Assembly: GCA_040285745.1 (NCBI GenBank)
Contig: JAUFOR010000001.1
Span: 558,001-622,000 of the forward strand
Reading direction: 5' to 3'
DNA from: Barthelona sp. PCE
Taxonomy: Eukaryota
DNA length: 64,000 nucleotides
Shown in pieces: positions 32,518-40,971 of this stretch. The notes below the pieces were generated by a model. It saw nothing but the letters and a program-made list of their open reading frames with translations, did not search any database and was not told the DNA's origin. How positions within the stretch are numbered: the stretch's first letter is position 1; every line of letters starts with the position of its first letter. Made by a program: the position numbers and the translations under genes.

Positions 32518-33582
32518 TTATTGATATTTCTTTATCAATTCGTCTAGTTTCATCCGAGACTCTGTCATTTCTTCTGTAATACCATTAAAATAATGTAAAA
32601 ATGCCTTTCGTTCCCAAAGAGCGTCAAAATCTTTGCAAACAGTATTAAACAGTTCAACAACGTGATCACTGTTGCTGATACATGCTGCTGCTGGGGTTCC
32701 ACCACTAAACGAATCTCTAAAATCAACTCTTGCATTTTCACAACAGTGTTTTGAAATCTCTCCATAAGCCTTAATCTGCTCATCACAGATCACCAGCTGG
32801 CATGCTGTGCTCCTGCAAGACCTCTGAGGCGATATCAGCAAACTTTCGTTTTCAAACAACTTGTCAACCACATCAGTTACATCAGTTATATCTACGGTTG
32901 GTGCAATCGGTGTGAACCTCGTGGTCAGGAAATGTTGATCTCTATGGCGGTTATACAGAAAGAAATCTCTATACTCAGTCCATGAAAGCATCTGTGATGC
33001 AACTGGCGACTCTATACACGCCAATGCTCTCCCAAATACCCCGTTGACATGTTCGTGCGTTGGTTTTGCCGTCTTCTTCAGTAGAGTGTGCAGGGCTGCC
33101 TCTGTCGAGAAACATGATGTTAAGTCGGTATGGTCTATCAATGCCATTCCCAGTGTCAACGCCTCTGTGTATGGCTGTAAGACACAGTCAAGGTAGCCGT
33201 GCGATGAAAATAGACTGCAAGTGTGAACAAACGCATTTGGTAAAAAATCTCGCAGTGAGGGCAAAAAATTTGAAACAACACCAGATCCGGTACCTCCACA
33301 TGTAGAATGCACGATTTGTATCCCTGGTGTGCTTTCATGTCGCTCAATCTCATTCCTGAGGGCTGATAGTAAAGAAAAAGAAACATCATTCTGTTGGTAA
33401 CCATCAAAGAACGAATTTCGGCACCTTTTCGACTGTATATGGGTAACATTCCCCCGTAGACATTCTGGAACTTCATTGTCTGCAACAAAAATTTTTTCTG
33501 AGTTGTTTGATGCCTGAAGAAAATGCTGCCCAACTGATGTCCCCGCTCCACCTACAAAGATGTTAATTGTGCTTTTGCTCAT
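32518..33582 (-). CDS. Highly divergent, short tubulin-superfamily protein (gamma/beta-like motifs)
   Basis: IFVGGAGTSVGQHF, IVHSTCGGTGSG, LQPY, FDALWERKAFLHYF, ESR..LDELIKKYQ; 354 aa from ATG 33582. Confidence 0.75.
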   Translation of the reverse strand: MSKSTINIFVGGAGTSVGQHFLQASNNSEKIFVADNEVPECLRGNVTHIQSKRCRNSFFDGYQQNDVSFSLLSALRNEIERHESTPGIQIVHSTCGGTGSGVVSNFLPSLRDFLPNAFVHTCSLFSSHGYLDCVLQPYTEALTLGMALIDHTDLTSCFSTEAALHTLLKKTAKPTHEHVNGVFGRALACIESPVASQMLSWTEYRDFFLYNRHRDQHFLTTRFTPIAPTVDITDVTDVVDKLFENESLLISPQRSCRSTACQLVICDEQIKAYGEISKHCCENARVDFRDSFSGGTPAAACISNSDHVVELFNTVCKDFDALWERKAFLHYFNGITEEMTESRMKLDELIKKYQ

Positions 33583-33760
33583 CACACTGGAAATAAGTTG
33601 ACCATAAATGTTTTGAAAAGAGTGAAAAATTTTGATACACAACATCATTCACAGTTTCCCTTTTCTTCCTGGTGGTGATTTGCACAATATAATAGTGCTT
33701 TAAACGTAAAGGATGCAATCCATTTATTTTAGAGTAACTGAAACCTAAACAGTTGGCTGA

Positions 33761-34202
33761 TTAGCCGAACAGGTCGAAACCGAAGTCCTCCTCCTCAGAC
33801 TCACTCTCAGGCTCAGGCTCGGACTCCTCCTCAACAACGGCAGCAGCCTCTTCACCTCCAGCTACGGTAACTGGTACAGCAGCACCGCCTTGAGTGGAAG
33901 CCTTGATAAGATCCTCGATGTTGACGTTGGAGAGGGCCTTAGCATAGATTTCAGGTAAGTACGGGGCATATTCAATGCCAGCAGCATCAAGGATATCCTT
34001 GATAAGGTTTCCCTAAAAGTTAGTGAACTTTATATATCACAGCACAACTGCAACGTCTTCTAGACCAAGTACAGATGACAAAAAAGATGAAACAAATGCA
34101 TTGGCAACGTTGAAAGTGAAAAGAATATCATACTTCGATAGGAAGACCTTCATCTGCAAGAATTAAGGAAGCGAGTAGAACAGCGCGGGTTGTAGAATCC
34201 AT
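33761..34202 (-). CDS. RPLP1: 60S acidic ribosomal protein P1, two exons (34202-34134 and 34012-33761); absent from the ORF track
   Basis: Spliced product MDSTTRAVLLASLILADEGLPIE/GNLIKDILDAAGIE...ESEEEDFGFDLFG. Confidence 0.93.
34013..34133 (-). other. Spliceosomal intron in RPLP1, 121 nt, phase 0
   Basis: GTATGA...CACTAACTTTTAG on the minus strand; removal restores the frame. Confidence 0.9.
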
Positions 34203-34696
34203 TTTGAAATGAAAAAGGTTAAGTACTCAAAAGAAGGTTTTTGCATCATACCGAGGGTACACATGGACTGTTGGTATGTGAATAGGCTTCTTATATATAT
34301 AAAATCCCCTTGTACCCATTCACATAGTCATAAATGGTTTCAATAAGGAGAAACTGCAAAAATTTTTTACTTTCATATTAACAAGTGTTAAGCAACATCA
34401 GGCACATTATTATGTATGTTTCAACATATTTTACATGCAAAAAAAGCTGAAAAACATCTGTGCGTGGATATTATTCATCAAAGTATGCCTGCGTTTTTGG
34501 TTTCTCTGCACTGTGATGCTAAATAACCATCCTATGTTAACTCACTGATGAATAACCCTGGAAGAACAACGTTTTAAATTCAATAAACAACTTTCACAGC
34601 TCTAAAACTAACAACAAGACCAAGAAAACTCCAAAATTTTACTTCTTCCTAAGATCTCAAATAAAGTTTCTATGGACACCAACGGCCAGTATCAGA

Positions 34697-35221
34697 CTAC
34701 TCTTGAACAGGAGAACTGATTGGTAACGACTGAACCACCGAAGGCTTATTTTTCAATTTGTCAACATCTCTCATCAAAAAATGCTCAATCACAACAAAGA
34801 ACACACCGGGTGCGTACCCAAACATCAAGCACAAGGACAAATTAATTATCTCAATTGCTACTTGATGACTAAATGGGGCAATCCATCTCTGAATTTTGTT
34901 CTCTGTTTCTTTAATCACATAATAGTCCCGCTGCATGCTCTTCATTGAATCACTGAGAAATATATAATTGAACGTCAAAGATAATAGAGCCCAATTGATC
35001 ATGAAAAGACCTGTAACCTTCTCTAAAAAAGTTGTATATAAGTATTTCCCGTTTTTTAGCATTAATAAAAACGTTGCCCACCTTAGAAAAGTTAAAAAAT
35101 TGTTCCTGTTCCTTGAATTCTGTAAGAAAACTATTCTACTTAAACATAGAACAAAAATATGTATAACAGTTGGAATGTCCACTTTCCAAACCGCTAATAA
35201 ATCAACAAAAAAGTCAAACAT
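34697..35221 (-). CDS. Hypothetical small multi-pass membrane protein
   Basis: 174-aa ATG ORF with about four hydrophobic segments. Confidence 0.6.
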   Translation of the reverse strand: MFDFFVDLLAVWKVDIPTVIHIFVLCLSRIVFLQNSRNRNNFLTFLRWATFLLMLKNGKYLYTTFLEKVTGLFMINWALLSLTFNYIFLSDSMKSMQRDYYVIKETENKIQRWIAPFSHQVAIEIINLSLCLMFGYAPGVFFVVIEHFLMRDVDKLKNKPSVVQSLPISSPVQE

Positions 35222-35302
35222 AGTTAAAAATTCGTTTACAAAGATAAACTTCTCTTGATCTTCATTTATACTAATATCCGAACTGCTACGAATAGGAAAC
35301 TC

Positions 35303-35599
35303 TTATCCACCGTGCACAGTGATCTCTTCCTTATCTGCAATTCCCTGGTTGTACAGGAATTCTGAAATATCCTGTCTCTGATCTCCACTGAGCACAAGAA
35401 TTCGGCCATAGACATCATGATCCTTGATGGATCCGATACAACCCATCTTCTTTCTGTAGTAGCCCATGATTTTCTTCAAGTCATACACCTCGCTTAGGCC
35501 AATAACACTAGTAATCTGTTTACGACCACGGTTACGGATCTTAATGTGCACAGGCTTGCTGTTTCCTGTGATCAGGTTGTCTTCGTTTTGTGATTCCAT
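35303..35599 (-). CDS. SUI1: Translation initiation factor eIF1/SUI1
   Basis: VHIKIRNRGRKQITSVIGL, DLKKI, GCIGSI, LSGDQR, ITVHG; likely ATG 35599. Confidence 0.92.
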   Translation of the reverse strand: MESQNEDNLITGNSKPVHIKIRNRGRKQITSVIGLSEVYDLKKIMGYYRKKMGCIGSIKDHDVYGRILVLSGDQRQDISEFLYNQGIADKEEITVHGG

Positions 35600-35990
35600 T
35601 GTGTAAAGGGTAAAATTTGTGGAAGTGCGTTTAAATCGCAGTTCTACCATCAGATAGTTTGTGTTAGACCAATTTAACAAGAAAGGTAGGTGTGAAACAT
35701 ACTCTGAAAAGGAAATCGATATACTACCGGTTTAAGTGTTGTATGTTTTTACAATACGAGTACTATCCACATATGGTTTTAGCAATCGCATTTAAAAGAT
35801 AATAAACTGACTTACTTAGCAAAAAAAGAACAACTGCTATTTCATTTTTCAACAGGGTATTATTATATTTGTGATTCACTACTTTTATACATGTTTAATT
35901 TACCTAAACTCTCATTAAGTGATTCTTGAAGCATTCATAATCAAAAATTAAAACCAGAGCAGCGAAGTTAAACTCTTTGCCTTTATCATA

Positions 35991-36482
35991 ATGTTTGCAG
36001 CGATTCTCGCGGGTGTATTTGGGGCTACAGCTTCCGTATTTACTAAATTAGCAGTGGATGAGAACATTCTAGAATATCAAGCATTCTGCTTTTTCCTATC
36101 TCCCATTTGTAGACCGATAATGATATTCTGGGTCATTGTCTTCAACGCACTCATGTGGGGCTTCAACCTTCTCGCCATCAGGAAGTCTGTATTGATGGCA
36201 ATGCTACTCTCAACTGGAGTTAACCTCAGTCTAACACTAATCTTCTCAAGACTTATCTTTTCTGAGGCAATCACTGTGCTTTCCGTGGCTGGATTCTGCC
36301 TCATCCTTGCAGGCAGCCTTTTACTGGTCAAAAACCAAAAAGACAGGGAAGATACTATTAAAGCACAAGAAAAAGCAGAGAGAGAACTTGCCAAGTCAAA
36401 AGAGGGAGAGGTGTTGAATGTTGTGGATGGTACTCCTAGTCAAATCATGACAGATGATGACATAGACGATGACCGTGTATAG
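35991..36482 (+). CDS. TMEM42-like DMT/EamA-superfamily membrane protein
   Basis: AILAGVFGATASVFTKLA, FNALMW, IFSEAIT..GFCLILAG. Confidence 0.7.
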   Translation: MFAAILAGVFGATASVFTKLAVDENILEYQAFCFFLSPICRPIMIFWVIVFNALMWGFNLLAIRKSVLMAMLLSTGVNLSLTLIFSRLIFSEAITVLSVAGFCLILAGSLLLVKNQKDREDTIKAQEKAERELAKSKEGEVLNVVDGTPSQIMTDDDIDDDRV

Positions 36483-36698
36483 CAAGCAGCCTAATTGACA
36501 ACAAATAGCTGTGTTGTTGTAACTGGAGTGTTTCACCGCTGCGTGCGTGTCGTGTCAGTATAAAGATGTGTATAATCAATAAAATGAGCTTAGAAGATGT
36601 TTTTCTAATTGTTTTTCTAATTTTTACTCCTTTCTCCATATTTTTTTTGGATTTCATTGCACTTTATTGATCCCTATTGCACACCCACCCAACCAAGA

Positions 36699-37037
36699 AT
36701 GCCAAAAATCATCCCAATGATTGAATGTGATACTTGTGACTTGTACAAAGATAAAATAGAGAGATTGGAACAAATTAACAGCAGACTTGAGGAGGAAGTT
36801 GCTGATCTTCGGGAGCAGGTACGAAACCTACAAGAACAAGACCTTTTCCATAAAGATAGATTCTTAACTCCAAGAACAGGTGTTGAAGATATATATGACC
36901 ACCACCAACAACAAGACGAGGATATCATGCTGGCTCTCGCAGAAGTGGAGGAGGAACGACTAAACGAGCTACGCATTGATAATCGTGAAGACTATCTTCG
37001 GTTTATTGATGTTCTTCAAAATCAAGCGACAACATAA
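36699..37037 (+). CDS. Small coiled-coil hypothetical protein
   Basis: CDTC followed by heptads KIERLEQINSRLEEEVADLREQV. Confidence 0.55.
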   Translation: MPKIIPMIECDTCDLYKDKIERLEQINSRLEEEVADLREQVRNLQEQDLFHKDRFLTPRTGVEDIYDHHQQQDEDIMLALAEVEEERLNELRIDNREDYLRFIDVLQNQATT

Positions 37038-37573
37038 CACGACTCCGCTTTCCATCTCATTTCTGGTAATAGTTATAAGGCAATCATTAATCGAAACAAT
37101 ATCTTTATAAGTTCAATAAAGACCTTTACCTGTGAGCATGTCAATGAAAACTGAAGAATTCATAAATATGAGTATTTCATATTCAACTAAATCATCAAGA
37201 AAATTGTCGGTGAATCCCCATACAGTCAAAAAAGATCAGTGATCACATACATACTTGAATCAACCCACTGAATTAAGAGTTTACGAGATGTTTTTGGTAT
37301 TGTAAGCTGTTTGAAAATGTAAAACAATTGACATAACAATTGCTCTAACCGTTCATTTTAGACGATCTTAAGCAGGAAGAAATTCGAAAATATTTTTTGA
37401 TGAATTCAATAATTTGCAAAGTACTTTCATTCATATTATACTAGGATTCTGAATCTCATTTCCTCATGTATGCGATATTTTATTTCCGAAAACGTTCTCA
37501 GGAAAGGTGTAACTACTCACAAAATGAAAAAATTCTATACTCCTTTTTTTTTCTCAAATACATATTTTAAGTA

Positions 37574-39112
37574 ATGTCTTACGACTTTGAATTAGAGAAT
37601 AACACACGCGCAACTTCATATGTATTGTATGAATCCATAAATTGTTCCCATGGAAATACAAATTTTACTTTATCAGGTGAAACAGATTGGAAGCTTATCA
37701 TGGAGCGCAAAAAGACTTCTGCAGTACACATAATTGATGAAGAATTTGCAATTGTTCTTAGTGAACCCGAAAACAAGCATTTCATGGCTTGTGGTAACAA
37801 GTATGGTATAATAACCGTTGTTCGGCAAGCAGATACCGCAGTACTTGTATTTAAATATGATAAAATAGGCATTAGCGTTATAAATTTACATTTTCTACCC
37901 AATGTTTGTAGTGCGTTCAGCATCTATGATAAAGCTTTTAGTTTTATTTTTGAAACAAATAAGAACGAGCTATACACATACTTGATTCTTTCTGATGGTT
38001 CTATAACCGATGGGAAGATTAAACAACTACCTTTCGAGATTGACTCATATATATTGTGCGCACGCAATTGGCTTATCGCTTCTATCACAGCTGATGGTTC
38101 AAACATAGGCATATTTAACCATTGTTCTGACAGTCAAGCTGTTCTTCCATATTCTATTGATGAATTTGATCCAACTATTGATATCAATACCAATCATGTT
38201 ACACTCAGTGCTTATGAAAGTGGTGAGGTTGCACTGATATCTATCTCATTTGTTACTGAAAACAGCTATTCAGTCATCAACAACAGCAAATCATCAGAGG
38301 AATCATCAGAGGAAGACTCCGACATTGACGATAAACAGAAGGTTGGTCAGTCAAAAAGGATCTGGTCCTATCTGCATTTCGTAATCGTACTGCTTTCAAT
38401 CTATGATTCACTGAACAGATTATTCTTTGGTGACGGCTTTTTTTTTTCTCTTATTTCAGCAGCAATAGAAATCGCAATAGGATTCTTTTGTTTCTCAAAA
38501 AAACTTGCTCTAATAATTATTGTCCTAATATATAGGATCATTTCAATTTTTGTTCAACTAAGTATTGTTGCAATGTATAGTCCAAGTTACCAATTATATG
38601 TAAGCATTGTTGTGTCTATTTACATTCTTCTGACTAGCGTCATGATGTTTGTTGAAGAGAAAATTAAGAAGAAAGCGAAGAAGAAAAATGAGAAAAAAAC
38701 AATCAATGATTATGTCACTTTATACATCATTTTCGCCGGCATTTCCTTAGTAATTATGTTATACTATAGTTCAATAATTGATAAACAACTTAATATACTG
38801 ATTAGATATAGAAGAAGTACCACTGAGTGGAGCACAAAAGGTAATTTGTTGACGATGTGCATGATTGTGTATATTATTACTTCAATAATATTATTGATTA
38901 AATATAACAATATCAAAGCTTGGAACGTTGCAATTTGGGTTCAATCTGTTGTTAATATGTTCATTTTGAAATTTTTTTCTTATGATATTCTCTACAACAG
39001 AACAACAGAAAGAACAATTCTCCCTTTCATTTACGCTATTGGTTTTGTCATCACATCTGTCACTACTGCAGTGATGGTGAAAGCCCATAATACTGTTTTA
39101 AATAAGGAATAA
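37574..39112 (+). CDS. Hypothetical protein: soluble beta-rich N-terminal half, multi-pass TM C-terminal half
   Basis: 512-aa ORF; acidic linker SSEESSEEDSD then about eight hydrophobic helices. Confidence 0.65.
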   Translation: MSYDFELENNTRATSYVLYESINCSHGNTNFTLSGETDWKLIMERKKTSAVHIIDEEFAIVLSEPENKHFMACGNKYGIITVVRQADTAVLVFKYDKIGISVINLHFLPNVCSAFSIYDKAFSFIFETNKNELYTYLILSDGSITDGKIKQLPFEIDSYILCARNWLIASITADGSNIGIFNHCSDSQAVLPYSIDEFDPTIDINTNHVTLSAYESGEVALISISFVTENSYSVINNSKSSEESSEEDSDIDDKQKVGQSKRIWSYLHFVIVLLSIYDSLNRLFFGDGFFFSLISAAIEIAIGFFCFSKKLALIIIVLIYRIISIFVQLSIVAMYSPSYQLYVSIVVSIYILLTSVMMFVEEKIKKKAKKKNEKKTINDYVTLYIIFAGISLVIMLYYSSIIDKQLNILIRYRRSTTEWSTKGNLLTMCMIVYIITSIILLIKYNNIKAWNVAIWVQSVVNMFILKFFSYDILYNRTTERTILPFIYAIGFVITSVTTAVMVKAHNTVLNKE

Positions 39113-39192
39113 ATATTTGTGATTCTGCGAAAAAACTCCACAATTCATAAATGCACTAGATAAGCGAATACACAATAAATGTCAAAATAAAT

Positions 39193-39792
39193 CTACAAAG
39201 AGAAGTTAAGTGCATAATCAGCAACCTTCTCCATAGCAGCGGTGCGAGAAGCTTCACCCAGACGAGTAGAAGCAGTGTTAGGAAGATAGAATGAATCCAG
39301 AAACTCAAGTCCAATGAAACTGAGAGTGCCCTTCAAATAAGGAACGTTCATATCATATGCGGCAAGGGGGCCGGTAAAGTCACCTCCAGAAGATCCAAAA
39401 ATAATAAATTTAGTTCCAGTCTTGATTAAACCACTGGGGCCTTCACTTGTATAAGCAAAACTCTTTCCAGCAATGACCATAGCATCAACAAAGATCTTTC
39501 CAAAGATAGAAACACCATAATTATGAATAGGGGATGAGATCAAAACCAAATCGTTGGAGGTGATATCGTCAATCAACTTGTGGAAGGCATCCTTGTTAGG
39601 GTGCTCTTCAGCCTCAGGGTTGAACATCTCCATGAGAACCTCACCAGACCAGATGGGAAGTCCCATATCAGAGATCTTAAAGTGGTTTAACTCATGTTCG
39701 CCGGGAAGCTTATCCAAGAATTGTTGCAGCAAAGCGTATGAGTCAGACATAGCGTTGGGCTTGGGGGAGAGAGAAACAATACCGATTTTCAT
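39193..39792 (-). CDS. azoR: FMN-dependent NADH-azoreductase / quinone reductase (AzoR/AcpD, flavodoxin-2 fold)
   Basis: SLSPK..SDS, SSPIHNYG, IAGKSFAYTSEGPSGL, SSGGDF, PYLKGTLSFIG. Confidence 0.88.
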   Translation of the reverse strand: MKIGIVSLSPKPNAMSDSYALLQQFLDKLPGEHELNHFKISDMGLPIWSGEVLMEMFNPEAEEHPNKDAFHKLIDDITSNDLVLISSPIHNYGVSIFGKIFVDAMVIAGKSFAYTSEGPSGLIKTGTKFIIFGSSGGDFTGPLAAYDMNVPYLKGTLSFIGLEFLDSFYLPNTASTRLGEASRTAAMEKVADYALNFSL

Positions 39793-40146
39793 TATAAAGT
39801 TAAATAAAGAAGGTGAGAAAGTAAATTGCAGAATTGTGTGGAAACTATGCTATTCCATACCGGTAAAGGGGAGTTTTTTGTTTCTGTTTCCACAAATTTT
39901 ATCAATAAATTAACGGTATAGAACTTTAAGCACTGAAACAAAAAATAATTGGAATACGCTGCAGAATCTGCAAACTAATACGTCTACAGAGGTTTCCTTT
40001 ACACTTTAGAGTCTCTTTAGCAGTCATTTTAGCTCTAATAGTTCTTGATAAGTCCATCAATTGGGCTCATCTAGGTGACATACAGGCGCTAGCCTTCAGA
40101 CTTTATACTTGAGGTAGTAAACAGCGGAGGGGGACGAAGCGAACCG

Positions 40147-40264
40147 TGGTCCTGATCAGGATGATCCTGCAATTGATTTTGAACAGAGAATGGAATAAAA
40201 CGTATGCGGGTGAAATTCAATTTCCCACCATTTTAAGGTTTCCTATTTATTTTATTATATTATT
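40147..40264 (+). repeat. Left copy of a 118-bp inverted repeat (partner 46936-47053)
   Basis: TGGTCCTGATCAGGATGATCCTG...TATTATT matches the reverse complement of 46936-47053; 6 mismatches, no gaps (hand alignment). Confidence 0.95.
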
Positions 40265-40417
40265 CGTAGGAGGTTGTAAATTTACTTCGGAGTTAGACAC
40301 TTGTACGGGAGTTGCGAGCTCCCTCGAGTGCTGTGCTTGCACTGAGAATTGTTCTAGAGCCCTTTTTTTAAAATAAAAGGGGAGAAAGAAATGATGTAAG
40401 TACTCACAGAGTACAAG

Positions 40418-40489
40418 AGGGAAGACCGCGTGTCTACTCCTCAGTAGATTTACTCCTACGAAATAGCGTGTTATTCACAAGCGTGCCTT
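40418..40489 (+). repeat. Copy 1 of a ~72-bp direct repeat (partner 45531-45603)
   Basis: AGGGAAGA..CAAGCGTGCCTT; 3 substitutions and 1 indel, last 42 nt identical. Confidence 0.95.
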
Positions 40490-40851
40490 GTAGTTGATGG
40501 CAATCGGAATCTTGATGCACCCGAAACCTAGATGACATACACTGATAGTGAGAGTTAAAGAATAATCCTAGCTAAGTTACTCGGACTCGAGTAACTGCTT
40601 TTCGATTTCTTTCCTGAATTCAAAAAATTAAAAAAGACAAAAAACCAGAAAGTTAAATTTCAAGCATAATCTTCGAAACTTTTTGTTGTTTTTCCGTGAG
40701 CTTGGAAAAAACTACTCCGCACACATTCTGTGCTGGATTATCCAAGAAAGTCTTTCATCATCTTCTGCATAAATTATATCCTAGTGCAGAAAGAACGCAG
40801 GTAAGTTCTATCAAGAAATTTTACAAAAAATTTCATCATATTTTCTCAATA

Positions 40852-40971
40852 GCGAGACCGTTAGCCACTAATCATGGCTCTACGGGTACGTAGCGTGCGG
40901 CGGTATCTTGATTGATCCGTACCCGTCCTGTCTAACGGTTCGTTCTGTCTGCCCTCCCAACATGCAGGCTG
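40852..40971 (+). ncRNA. Candidate structured RNA or DNA element (nested stems)
   Basis: ACCGTTAG 40857-40864 pairs with CTAACGGT 40932-40939 and encloses ACGGGTACG 40882-40890 / CGTACCCGT 40918-40926; GC-rich against AT-rich flanks. Confidence 0.35.

Noticed and set aside
40180-40200. ACAGAGA inside the inverted repeat, suggesting U6 snRNA
   Set aside because: No AGC triad or internal stem-loop at the required spacing downstream.
40417-40460. CTAC-TCCTCA-GTAG resembling the P3/L3 of an HDV-like ribozyme
   Set aside because: P1 is mismatched, there is no GG for P1.1, and the stem is broken in the second copy.
40565-40596. Hairpin followed by CTAG on the minus strand, as at a Helitron 3' end
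   Set aside because: Spacing is only 3 nt, the next base is not T, and there is no Rep/helicase gene; kept only as a hairpin.
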